DNA of 64,000 nucleotides from Bacillota bacterium (GTDB lineage: Bacteria > Bacillota > Desulfotomaculia > Desulfotomaculales > Desulforudaceae). A program made the translations under genes and the position numbers. The notes beneath the pieces are model-generated. The model did no database searches. It had not been told where the DNA came from and saw only the letters and a program-made list of their open reading frames with translations. The stretch covers positions 44,143-108,142 of the forward strand of contig JBFLXL010000007.1 of assembly GCA_040757205.1 (NCBI GenBank), written 5' to 3'. Below, piece after piece: positions 8,548 through 17,413 of the stretch. How positions within the stretch are numbered: the first letter of the stretch is position 1; every line of letters starts with the position of its first letter.

Positions 8548-10122
8548 ATGTCCGAAAAGCAGTCGGTGGCCCAAGGGACGCTGGTCCTCACCGCTTCCAG
8601 CCTTTTCAACCGCATACTCGGGTTCATCTACCAGATCTTGATGGTCCGCCTGCTGAAGGCTGAAGGCATCGGGCTTTTCAGCATGATCTATCCGGTATAC
8701 GTTCTTTTTCTAGTGGTGGCCAGCGCGGGGATACCGGTGGCCATCGCCAAGCTGGTCGCCGAGGAATCCGCCCGCGGCAACCTCGCCCACGCCTACCGAA
8801 TTCTCCAAATCTCCCTGGGCTACGTCTTCGGTTCCGCGCTGATTCTTTCGATCATTCTGTTCCTCTTCGGTACGCCGCTCTTAACGATGGTGTTCGACAA
8901 TCCGGACGTCCACCTGGCTTTCAAGGTACTCACCCCCGGGATACTAATCGTTGCGGTGTGTTCAGCCTTCCGGGGCTTTTTCCAGGGTTTGCAGCAGATG
9001 TCACCTACGGCGGTCACCCAGGCGGTGGAGCAGTCGGTGCGCGTGGTCTCGGGCGTGGTCCTGGCCTACCTGCTCATGCCCCAGGGCATCGCCTGGGCCA
9101 CGGCCGGCGCCTCCGCCGGGGTGGTCCTGGGGGAGTTGTCCGGCTTTTTGCTTATGCTCCTGATCTTCCTCACCCGGCGGCCGGCGGTGGCCGGCGGCAC
9201 CCGGACGGCGGCGTCCTTTGAACACCTGGTGGTCACCTCCCGCCGGATCTTGAGCGTTGCCGGACCAGTCACCGTTTCCCGGGTGTTCTCCACCGCCCTT
9301 TTGTCGATCGACGCGGTGATGATTCCCAAACGCCTGGCCGCAGCCGGCCTCTCGACCGCCGAGGCCACCGCCGTCTACGGCAAGCTGGCCGGAATGGCCC
9401 AGACCCTCCTGTTCACACCCGGAATCCTCACGATCTCGCTGGCCACCGCCCTCCTGCCCGCTATCTCCAACGCGCACGCCCGGGGAGATTCGACCCTGCT
9501 GCTCAGCCGGGTCGGTTCGGCCCTCCGTCTCACCCTGCTGATCGGCATCCCGAGCGCCGTACTCTTTCTGACCTTGCCCCGGCACATCTGCGGCCTGCTG
9601 TTCGGATATCCCGAAGCGGGAGTGATCCTGCAGTTCCTGGCGATCGGCGGACCGTTCCTGTACATCATCCAGACCACCACCGGCATCCTGCAGGGGTTGG
9701 GCAAGGCAATGCAGCCGCTGGTCAACCTCCTGGTCGCCTCGGTGCTCAAAATCGCCGGAGTCTACTACCTGACGGCGATGCCGGGCCTGGCGGTGAACGG
9801 CGCCGCCCTGGCTCTGGCCGCCCACTTGGCGGTCATGGCGTTGTTGAACCTTCGCGACATCCACCGGCTTACCGGCTACCGTCCGGACTACCTGAACAGT
9901 TTGGGGAAAACCGCGCTCGGCGCTCTGGCGATGGTCGCGGTGATCCAATGGGTCGGCCCCGCGCCGGATAGTGTCTTCGGTACTATGCTGGCCATATCGG
10001 GCGGGCTGGCGGCATACACGGCGGTGGTGATTCTAACCGGTGCGCTGGCGCGCGAGGAGCGCACCAGGCTGGGCGGCCTCATGCGCGACCTCTTGAGACG
10101 CGGGCCCGGCCGGTGGAACTAG
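8548..10122 (+). CDS. spoVB: Stage V sporulation protein B / MOP-family flippase
   Basis: 524 aa polytopic protein. N-terminus GTLVLTASSLFNRILGFIYQILMVRLL is typical of SpoVB/MurJ-like proteins. Confidence 0.75.
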   Translation: MSEKQSVAQGTLVLTASSLFNRILGFIYQILMVRLLKAEGIGLFSMIYPVYVLFLVVASAGIPVAIAKLVAEESARGNLAHAYRILQISLGYVFGSALILSIILFLFGTPLLTMVFDNPDVHLAFKVLTPGILIVAVCSAFRGFFQGLQQMSPTAVTQAVEQSVRVVSGVVLAYLLMPQGIAWATAGASAGVVLGELSGFLLMLLIFLTRRPAVAGGTRTAASFEHLVVTSRRILSVAGPVTVSRVFSTALLSIDAVMIPKRLAAAGLSTAEATAVYGKLAGMAQTLLFTPGILTISLATALLPAISNAHARGDSTLLLSRVGSALRLTLLIGIPSAVLFLTLPRHICGLLFGYPEAGVILQFLAIGGPFLYIIQTTTGILQGLGKAMQPLVNLLVASVLKIAGVYYLTAMPGLAVNGAALALAAHLAVMALLNLRDIHRLTGYRPDYLNSLGKTALGALAMVAVIQWVGPAPDSVFGTMLAISGGLAAYTAVVILTGALAREERTRLGGLMRDLLRRGPGRWN

Positions 10123-10896
10123 CTAACTGCCATTCCAGTCAACCGGCCACTTTTTGAGGGCGTCCAGGGCCTCGTAGTCGGTGAGGTCGATCTTTACCGG
10201 GGTGATGGAAATGTACTGGTCCTTCACGGCCCCTATGTCGGTGTCAGGATCGTAACCGTCCGGACTGAACGGTTTCCCGGCCATCCAATAGTAGTACCGT
10301 CCCCGGGGGTCAACCCGCCGGTCGATGGCGTCGGCGTAGCGCAGGTTCCCCAGGCGGGTCAGCTTGACGCCGGCCGGCTTTCCGGCGGGCACGTTGATGT
10401 TCAGCAGGGTGTTGGCCGTGAACATCTCCCGGTGTTGAAACAAAAACGGCAAAAGGCGGCGGGCGAAGGCGGCGGCCTCTTCAAACTCCGCTTCCCGGTG
10501 ACTGGCCAGGGAAATGGCCAGGGACGGCACCCCGTTGATCAGTCCCTCCATGGCCGCCGAAACAGTGCCGGAATAAAGTACGTCCGTACCCAGGTTCGGA
10601 CCGGGGTTGATACCGGAAATCACCAGGTCGGGGGTCTCAGGCAGGAGTGACTCCAGGGCCAGTTTGACGCAGTCGGCCGGTGTACCGTCGACAATCCAAC
10701 CGCAGCAGTTGCCGTCGACATGACAGGCCTCCCGCACCCGGATCGGCCGGTGCACGGTAATGGAATGGCCGGTGGCGCTCCGCTCACGGTCCGGAGCGAT
10801 GATGTACACGGTTTCGGCAAGGTCTGACAGTGCGTTGCGCAACGCCTCCAGACCGGGCGCGAAGATCCCGTCGTCGTTGGTCAGCAGTATCCGCAT
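10123..10896 (-). CDS. surE: 5'/3'-nucleotidase SurE
   Basis: MRILLTNDDGIFAPGL N-terminus and full-length SurE pattern. Confidence 0.9.
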   Translation of the reverse strand: MRILLTNDDGIFAPGLEALRNALSDLAETVYIIAPDRERSATGHSITVHRPIRVREACHVDGNCCGWIVDGTPADCVKLALESLLPETPDLVISGINPGPNLGTDVLYSGTVSAAMEGLINGVPSLAISLASHREAEFEEAAAFARRLLPFLFQHREMFTANTLLNINVPAGKPAGVKLTRLGNLRYADAIDRRVDPRGRYYYWMAGKPFSPDGYDPDTDIGAVKDQYISITPVKIDLTDYEALDALKKWPVDWNGS

Positions 10897-10910
10897 ACCC
10901 ACTCTCCCGT

Positions 10911-11090
10911 CTAAGTCTTATAGATCGCAACGACCATCTTTCCGTCCTCGTCCTTCGAGAGGCCGAAAACCAGATCACGGTCCTTCAGCGATTTATTCAG
11001 GAAGTCCACCACGCGGTACATCTGGTCGTACGGCTCAAAAGCCCGGGCACTGATCAACTCCAGTTTTCCCGCGGACCCGCCTTCCTTCAC
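10911..11090 (-). CDS. YpmA-like small protein (DUF4264)
   Basis: 59 aa, below the track cutoff. GTG with GGAGGAG RBS. The pattern ...YRVVDFLNKSLKDRDLVFGLSKDEDGKMVVAIYKT resembles B. subtilis YpmA. Confidence 0.6.
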   Translation of the reverse strand: MKEGGSAGKLELISARAFEPYDQMYRVVDFLNKSLKDRDLVFGLSKDEDGKMVVAIYKT

Positions 11091-11214
11091 GGCGCATTCT
11101 CCTCCGCTCTAGGAGAGTGTTACAAAACCAGAAATCGTTCTAAACGCTTGGAGGACGCGAAAAACAAGCATGGCTTGATACGGCGAAGCTGGACGTTCCA
11201 GAAGTGAGATGTGG

Positions 11215-11303
11215 GAAGTGCGAGGTGAGAATTCTGATAGAATTCGTTTTGCGAATTCTATCAAGCATCCCGCTTCTAACTTCTCACTTCACACCTCTTT
11301 TTT
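11215..11303 (+). terminator. Nested inverted repeat ending in T6 (orphan terminator-like structure)
   Basis: Outer arms GAAGTGCGAGGTGAGAA / TTCTCACTTCACACCTC pair at 14 of 17 positions. Inner perfect 12-bp hairpin TGATAGAATTCG-ttttg-CGAATTCTATCA. Then TTTTTT. Confidence 0.4.
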
Positions 11304-11332
11304 GCCAGGCGCGAGTTTTTTGCAGCGGTCTC

Positions 11333-11893
11333 CTAGCATCCTTTGATCAGGGTCAGCGCTTCCATCCGCGTTTTGGCGTTGCGCTCAAAAATACCCCGCA
11401 CCGCGGACGTCACCGTCTGGGCACCGGGTTTGTTCACCCCGCGCATGGTCATGCACATGTGTTCGGCCTCGATCACCACCAGGACCCCGTGGGGCTCAAG
11501 CCTTCTCATTATAGCATCGGCGACCTGCGCGGTCAAACGTTCCTGCAACTGCGGCCGGCGCGCGTAGCCGTCCACCACCCGGGCCAGTTTCGACAAACCC
11601 GTGATCAGACCCCGGCGGGGTATGTAAGCCACGTGGGCCTTGCCCACCACCGGCAGGAGGTGGTGTTCACAGACTGAGAACAGCGGGATGTCCTTTACCA
11701 GGACCAATTCCTCGTGGTTTTCGGTGAAGAAACGCTCCAGGACTTCCTCCGGTTCGGTGGAAAGCCCCGAAAACACCTCGGCGTACATTCGGGCCACCCG
11801 GCGCGGGGTGTCCCGGAGCCCCTCCCGCTTCGGGTCCTCCCCGACAGCTTCGATAATCATGGCCACGGCCTGTTCGATCTTCTCCAAATTCAC
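11333..11893 (-). CDS. folE: GTP cyclohydrolase I
   Basis: 186 aa with the CEHHLLP and HMCMTMRG motifs. Last gene of the que operon. Confidence 0.9.
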   Translation of the reverse strand: MNLEKIEQAVAMIIEAVGEDPKREGLRDTPRRVARMYAEVFSGLSTEPEEVLERFFTENHEELVLVKDIPLFSVCEHHLLPVVGKAHVAYIPRRGLITGLSKLARVVDGYARRPQLQERLTAQVADAIMRRLEPHGVLVVIEAEHMCMTMRGVNKPGAQTVTSAVRGIFERNAKTRMEALTLIKGC

Positions 11894-11923
11894 CGGCGCG
11901 CCTCCTTAAAAACGCTTACTTAC

Positions 11924-12664
11924 TCAAAGGACTTCCAGCGTACGGTGCACCTGGGGAATGACCCGCACTTCCGGAAGCCGGTCCAAACACCGCTCCTGCA
12001 TCTCCAGCAGGCGCTCCGGCGGGGCCGGGCGTACGCCGGCGAAAGGGGTCACCGGCTGCAGCACCAGCATGACCGGCCGGGCACCTGCCGACAGCAGTCC
12101 GCAAACCGCGTCCAACTCGGCGTCCGTGGTCTCGGAGCCCACCACCGCCTTTACGAAAACGTGCGCGGGGCCGATCGCCTCCAGAAACCGCCGGTGTTCC
12201 GCCAGCGGAAAGGGAAAGCCGGTCACGCTCGGCAGTTTGACGTCCATGGCCACGATGTCCACCAGCCGGGTCAGCCGCTCCATGGCTTCCGGCAAGGTAC
12301 CGTTCGTTTCCAGGTAACACCGGCCCCCATGTTCGCAAAACCGTGCCAGGAAGGCCTCCAGAAAGCCGGCGTGCAGCAGCGGCTCCCCCCCGGTCAGTGC
12401 CAGGGCGTGGTAGCGGGGACCAACCGCCCGGCTGGTCCAGCCGAGCAGCGTTTCCACCGTGACCGGGTTTTGATGCCAGGTAAAGACCTTCCGGCCCGGG
12501 CTGTTTTCCACCCGGCACCGGCGCCCGGCCGGAGCCGGCGTGTCGCAGTACGTACATTCAAGGTTGCAGCCGGCAAAGCGCACAAACATGTGCCGGCAGC
12601 CCACGTAAGGGCCCTCACCCTGAACCGAGGTAAAAACCTCCGTTATGGGAGCCGCCATGCTCAT
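11924..12664 (-). CDS. queE: 7-carboxy-7-deazaguanine synthase (radical SAM)
   Basis: SVQGEGPYVG and CNLECTYCDT motifs. ATG at 12664 overlaps the upstream stop as ATGA. Confidence 0.88.
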   Translation of the reverse strand: MSMAAPITEVFTSVQGEGPYVGCRHMFVRFAGCNLECTYCDTPAPAGRRCRVENSPGRKVFTWHQNPVTVETLLGWTSRAVGPRYHALALTGGEPLLHAGFLEAFLARFCEHGGRCYLETNGTLPEAMERLTRLVDIVAMDVKLPSVTGFPFPLAEHRRFLEAIGPAHVFVKAVVGSETTDAELDAVCGLLSAGARPVMLVLQPVTPFAGVRPAPPERLLEMQERCLDRLPEVRVIPQVHRTLEVL

Positions 12665-13224
12665 GGAACGCCACGCACCTTGCACCGCGCCAAAATACAA
12701 CTCCTCATCTCATCGGCGTAACCGTAACTGGTCCGCTGGGCAAGCGACCAGATCGAATCCTCGTCCAGTCCGAGTTCGCCCAACCCCACGGCGGGCACCG
12801 GCACCCCCGTGGTGTCGACGTTGAGCCCGGCGTGAATCATGGTGCTCACCGGCGTCAGGGTGGCGATGGAAACGGAGAGTTTCCGGTTTCCGGCCCAGAG
12901 GTCGTCACCCAGCCGGCGCAACGACACACCGGTCATCTCGCCCACCAAGTCCTTGACAATCACCATCAGCAGCCGCTGGCGGCAGACCGTTTTCTCCAGG
13001 TCCAGGTCGAAATGCTCCACGATAAAGTGCAGCATGTCCGGACTGTAGATCGGCGCCCGGTCAAGACGGTCCCGGATGTCCACCAGGGCGTCGAGGTCAA
13101 CCCGGCACGGGCCGCGGAAAGTGACAATGCTGTCTCCTTGCAGGTTGAATCCGCGCAACGCCCAGAGTGACGACAACTGGCTGCCGTCATATTCCAGTAC
13201 CTGCTTGTGTACTAAGAACTGCAT
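12661..13224 (-). CDS. Uncharacterised conserved protein (resembles DUF366) embedded in the que operon
   Basis: 187 aa ORF. Its ATG directly abuts the queC stop (TAAATG) and its stop overlaps the queE start (ATGA). Confidence 0.6.
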   Translation of the reverse strand: MQFLVHKQVLEYDGSQLSSLWALRGFNLQGDSIVTFRGPCRVDLDALVDIRDRLDRAPIYSPDMLHFIVEHFDLDLEKTVCRQRLLMVIVKDLVGEMTGVSLRRLGDDLWAGNRKLSVSIATLTPVSTMIHAGLNVDTTGVPVPAVGLGELGLDEDSIWSLAQRTSYGYADEMRSCILARCKVRGVP

Positions 13225-13896
13225 TTACACCCTCACCTCGCCGGCGCTCCTCTTGGCCCGTTCCAGGCGCCGGCAGCTTTCACACGCGCCGCAGGCTTGG
13301 GCCCCGCCGCGGTAGCAGCTCCAGACATAAGACCAAGGCAACCCCAGGCGCTGTCCCAGAGCGACGATCTCCACCTTGTCGAGCTGCTGGGTATAGCTGG
13401 TGACCCGGATTCCGGACAGCGTGGAGTAAGCCAGGGAGTGGTTGACGGCGTCCAGAAACTGCGGGGAATTGTCCGGAAAGTTCCGGGCCTCCTCACGGTT
13501 GAACCCGGCGATAATCCGTTCACAGCCCAAGGCTTCGGCGTAGCACGCCGCCACGTTCACCAGCAGGCCGTTACGGTTGGGGACCCAAACCTGCCGGGCT
13601 GTCTCGGCGGACCGCACCGGGTCGTCCAGCTCCACCTCGTCGGGTTCCGGAAGTCCTGCTCGCCCCGTAAGCGCCGAGCAGTCGATGTCCCTGAGAAACG
13701 GAAGTTCAACCACTTGGTGCCGAATCCCGTAGTGCGCCGACAGGGCCGCGGCGGCCGCGATTTCCCGCCCGGCCGCCAGTTGGCCGTAATCGGCCGTCAG
13801 GCAGAGGGCGATTTCCAGGCTGCGCACGCCGAAGGCCAGACATACGGCCGAGTCCACGCCTCCGGACAGCAAGACGATCCCCTTCATCCAGTTCAT
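13225..13896 (-). CDS. queC: 7-cyano-7-deazaguanine synthase
   Basis: SGGVDS PP-loop and C-terminal CGACESC zinc motif. ATGA overlap with queD. Confidence 0.9.
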   Translation of the reverse strand: MNWMKGIVLLSGGVDSAVCLAFGVRSLEIALCLTADYGQLAAGREIAAAAALSAHYGIRHQVVELPFLRDIDCSALTGRAGLPEPDEVELDDPVRSAETARQVWVPNRNGLLVNVAACYAEALGCERIIAGFNREEARNFPDNSPQFLDAVNHSLAYSTLSGIRVTSYTQQLDKVEIVALGQRLGLPWSYVWSCYRGGAQACGACESCRRLERAKRSAGEVRV

Positions 13897-14288
13897 CCCT
13901 CCCGGTAGGTGGCGGCCGCCTTGGCCGACTCCCAGACCGTGACCGCGGTCAGGACCCCGGCCGGCCCGATACCGGCCAAACGAGCCTTCAACTCGGTGAA
14001 TATGTAACGGGCGATGTTCTCGGCCGTCGGGTTCTTCTCTGGCCGGTCGGGGCCGAATGCCGCCAATTCATTGAGGTAGCAATGGTCCAGGGCTCCCACC
14101 ACCTGCCGCAGTTCGTTCTTGAGCAGCGTGAAATCCACCAGCATCCCGGCGGCGTTCAGTTCCGGGCCGGCCACCACGGCCTCCACTTCCCAGGTGTGGC
14201 CGTGCAGCCGCCGGCACCGGTCCGGATACTCGTGCAGGCGGTGGGCGGCGGCAAAGGACGAACGGACGCGCAGTTCAAACATCCGCAT
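13893..14288 (-). CDS. queD: 6-carboxy-5,6,7,8-tetrahydropterin synthase
   Basis: FAAAHRL...HGHTW motifs. The start may be the second ATG at 14282, 8 nt after GGGAGG. Confidence 0.88.
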   Translation of the reverse strand: MRMFELRVRSSFAAAHRLHEYPDRCRRLHGHTWEVEAVVAGPELNAAGMLVDFTLLKNELRQVVGALDHCYLNELAAFGPDRPEKNPTAENIARYIFTELKARLAGIGPAGVLTAVTVWESAKAAATYREG

Positions 14289-14380
14289 TCCTCCCGTGAA
14301 GACTAGTATGGCAAGTGGCGCAAACCGTTATTTTAGGTTCGCCCCTTTTCACGGATACTCCTTCCAGGGAAAAAGCCGCC

Positions 14381-14406
14381 CAACAAAGAAACGCCCCGGA
14401 GGGCGT
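14381..14406 (-). terminator. Rho-independent terminator after the TPR gene
   Basis: The minus strand reads ACGCCC-tccg-GGGCGT followed by TTCTTTGTT. Confidence 0.6.
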
Positions 14407-14471
14407 CAGGCCAGGTACACCAAACACGGTTTTCCCGCAAGGGATTTCCTCATTGCCTTTAAGGAGGATTG

Positions 14472-15605
14472 CTAACCGGTAAGCCCGAGGGCCCGGTTGT
14501 AGTAATCGACCGCCTCGTCTGCGGCGCCCGCGGCGGCGAGCACGTCGGCCTTCAGACCCCAGTAAAGACGATTCTCGGGAGCGCCCTGCAACAACGAATC
14601 GCAAATGACGGCGGCCTCTTCATGGCGGCCGAGCCGGACCAGGCACTGGGCCTTGTTTGCCAAAAAGGTCTCCCGCTCCTTTTCGTCCAAGGCGAGAGCA
14701 CGCTCGTAATGATTCAGCGCCTCCGCATACTGCTGCTGCCGCTCCAGGCAAAGCCCGTAATTGTTGTGCAAGGCCGCATCGTGCGGTGCGCCCTCAAGCG
14801 CGGTACGGTAGGAGGAGGAGGCGGCGTCAAACCGGCCCACCTTCAGGTAGCAGGCCGCCAGGTTGTTCAAAACAACGGTATCTTGAGGGGTTACGGCTTG
14901 GGCCAACTCGAAGCAAAGAACGGCCTCGTCGTAGCGCTTCAGGTGGAACAACGTGTATCCCTTGTTAATCAACAGCTCCAAAGAGGAGTGGTTTTTGCGC
15001 TGCGCCCTCTCGTAGCAACTCAAGGCTTCCGCATAGCGTTTCAAGCGGTTTAAAGCCAACCCGCAATTCACCAGGATCTCGGGTGTCGCTTTTTGGGCCA
15101 GGGCCTGTTGAAACAAAGGCAACGCCTCCTGGTTCCGGCCCAACTGGAGCAGGCAAAGACCCTTGTTGTTCAGCACCGTGGCGTCGATCCGCCCCCCACT
15201 GAGCGCCCGGGAGTAAAAATCAACCGCCTTGTCGAAGTCACCGGTCTGAAAATACCAGTTTCCCAGCGCCCCGAGAGCCACCAAACGATCCCCGATCACG
15301 GCCCCGTCGTCCTCCCGGCAGGCGCGTTCCAGCCACTGGATGAAGTTCTCGTCAATCAGCAGGTTGGCCCGTCGGCAGTGCCAAGCCGCCTTTTCCAACT
15401 GTCCGGACTTCAAGCAGTAGCGGGCGGCGTCCAGGTGCAATTCCCCTCGGTCCGGCTGGGCCTCCAGTGCCCGCTCAAGCAGGTGCGCCGCCGTCCGCTC
15501 CGCGCCCAAGCGCCTTAGCGCCCGGCTGGACTGGTGCCAGACGTTGGCACGCCGGATGCTTTTCTTGGCCCGCGTCCACGGATTCCTTATCAATACCCAA
15601 CGCAT
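14472..15605 (-). CDS. Tetratricopeptide repeat protein
   Basis: 377 aa made of repeated ~34-aa A..Y..AL motifs. Confidence 0.75.
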   Translation of the reverse strand: MRWVLIRNPWTRAKKSIRRANVWHQSSRALRRLGAERTAAHLLERALEAQPDRGELHLDAARYCLKSGQLEKAAWHCRRANLLIDENFIQWLERACREDDGAVIGDRLVALGALGNWYFQTGDFDKAVDFYSRALSGGRIDATVLNNKGLCLLQLGRNQEALPLFQQALAQKATPEILVNCGLALNRLKRYAEALSCYERAQRKNHSSLELLINKGYTLFHLKRYDEAVLCFELAQAVTPQDTVVLNNLAACYLKVGRFDAASSSYRTALEGAPHDAALHNNYGLCLERQQQYAEALNHYERALALDEKERETFLANKAQCLVRLGRHEEAAVICDSLLQGAPENRLYWGLKADVLAAAGAADEAVDYYNRALGLTG

Positions 15606-15727
15606 TCCGCAAAGCCCCTTCCCCCGTTTTGCACAATACTTTTCGCCACTCGTCTTTCCTTATCCTCCCATTGATGGCATATTTATTGCAACAAAGACCG
15701 GGGGAAAGCTTTGTATTTCGACAACGG

Positions 15728-16402
15728 TCATCCGGCCGGCCAATCCCGCATTATCCGCCTGCCGGCGCTTGTCCCCAAACGGTCGGCTCCGGCTTCCAGG
15801 AACGCCAGCGCCGTCTTCAGGTCCCGGATTCCTCCGGCGGCCTTGACGCCGAAATGCGGACCGACAGACTTTCTCAGGAAACCGATATCGTCCAGTTGGG
15901 CTCCGGTGGGCCCATAGCCGGTGCCGTTTTTGACGTAGTCCGCACCCGAACCCGTGGCCACCCAACAGGCCAGCAGCTTCTGGTCCTCGTTTAAAAACCC
16001 GGTCTCCGCGATGAGTTTGACCACGATTTCCCGGTCCAAATCCCGCGCGCCCTCGATGACCCTATCGGCTTCGGACATCAGGTATTTGGAGTCACCCTCC
16101 TTTAAGGCGCCGATGTTCAGCACGACGTCGATCTCCCGGGCACCGTCGGCGGCCGCCAGGCGGGCTTCGGTCACCTTGGTTTCAATGGCGTTTGCGCCCA
16201 GCGGAAACCCGATCACGGTGCACACCTTGATCCCGGACCCGTCCAACTCCCGGGCGGCCAGGGACACAAAGCAAGGATTCACGCACACCGCTCCGAAACC
16301 GAACTCGCGCGCTTCGCGGCACAAGCTGCGCACGTCGTCCTGAACGGCGTCGGCCCTCAGCAGGGTGTGGTCGATGGCCCGGCAAAATTTTTCTCTGTCG
16401 AT
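15728..16402 (-). CDS. deoC: Deoxyribose-phosphate aldolase
   Basis: VCVNP, GFPLGAN and KTSTG-like (VKNGTGY) motifs. The conserved N-terminal IDHTLL lies upstream of the first ATG/GTG/TTG, so an ATC start is proposed. Confidence 0.8.
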   Translation of the reverse strand: MDREKFCRAIDHTLLRADAVQDDVRSLCREAREFGFGAVCVNPCFVSLAARELDGSGIKVCTVIGFPLGANAIETKVTEARLAAADGAREIDVVLNIGALKEGDSKYLMSEADRVIEGARDLDREIVVKLIAETGFLNEDQKLLACWVATGSGADYVKNGTGYGPTGAQLDDIGFLRKSVGPHFGVKAAGGIRDLKTALAFLEAGADRLGTSAGRRIMRDWPAG

Positions 16403-16428
16403 TTCGATCTCCTCCTAAAATTTGCGGC

Positions 16429-17349
16429 TTATCTTTCCTGGGCCAGCAGCACCAAGCGCTCAACGAGGTCGGCGAACGACATTCCCGCCGCCCGCGCGGC
16501 ATCGGGGAACAGACTGACGTCGGTCAAACCCGGTATGGTGTTGATCTCCAGGATATACGCCTCGTCACCCGGCACGATCAGGTCCACCCGGGCAAATCCC
16601 CGGCAACCGAGGGCCAGGTAAGCTCTCAACGCCAGGTCCGACACCCGTTCCTGGACCTCCCGGGGCACGCGCGGCGGGATCAGGTGCTCACTCAAGCCCG
16701 GGGTGTATTTGGACTCATAGTCGTATTTTCCCGTTGCCGAAACAATTTCAATCAAGGGCAGCACCCACGGGTCACGGTTGCCGAGCACCGCCGCGGTGAG
16801 TTCCGGCCCGGCGATGAACTTCTCGAGCAGAACACGCGGCCCCCCATAGGCGGCGGCGTCCGCGATGCGTACGCCGACGTCCTCTTCCCGGTCGACGATG
16901 TACACCCCGAGCGAGGAGCCCTGTGCGAGCGGCTTGACCACCACGGGCAGGCCCAGTCCGGCGACCGCCGCCCGGACGCCTTCGGCGTCTCCCGCCTCCA
17001 CTTTCCGGAATTCCGGCACCGGCAGCCCGGCGTGGGCCAGCATCTTCTTGGTCGCGATTTTGTCCATCGCCAGGGCGCTGGCCAGGACCCCCGAACCGGT
17101 GTAAGGAATGCCCAACAACTCCAGGAGCCCCTGGACGGCTCCGTCCTCACCCAGCGGACCGTGCAGGGCGATAAAGGCCAACTCAATCCCGGTCTCCCTT
17201 ATCGTTTGGGCCACGTCCCGGTCCACGTCGATCGGTACCACTTCGTATCCCCTGGACTCCAGGGCGGCGCAAACCGCCCGGCCGCTTCTCAGCGAGACCT
17301 CCCGCTCCGCCGACAAGCCGCCCATCAACACCCCAATCCTACGCACCAA
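16429..17349 (-). CDS. ddl: D-alanine--D-alanine ligase
   Basis: IGVLMGGLSAEREVS N-terminus and ATP-grasp pattern, 306 aa. Confidence 0.92.
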   Translation of the reverse strand: MVRRIGVLMGGLSAEREVSLRSGRAVCAALESRGYEVVPIDVDRDVAQTIRETGIELAFIALHGPLGEDGAVQGLLELLGIPYTGSGVLASALAMDKIATKKMLAHAGLPVPEFRKVEAGDAEGVRAAVAGLGLPVVVKPLAQGSSLGVYIVDREEDVGVRIADAAAYGGPRVLLEKFIAGPELTAAVLGNRDPWVLPLIEIVSATGKYDYESKYTPGLSEHLIPPRVPREVQERVSDLALRAYLALGCRGFARVDLIVPGDEAYILEINTIPGLTDVSLFPDAARAAGMSFADLVERLVLLAQER

Positions 17350-17413
17350 GCAGGGATCACCTCACAAGAATTTACTGCCGGCTGCCTGGACTCAAAAAAA
17401 CTTCGCCAAGAGT

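Noticed and set aside
14289-14380. Expected preQ1 riboswitch upstream of queD
   Set aside because: I could not fit the preQ1-I consensus (short P1, conserved C-containing loop, A-rich tail ending ACUA/AAGG). Only an unrelated hairpin, GGCGAACC...GGUUUGCGCC, is present. An Rfam scan would be decisive.
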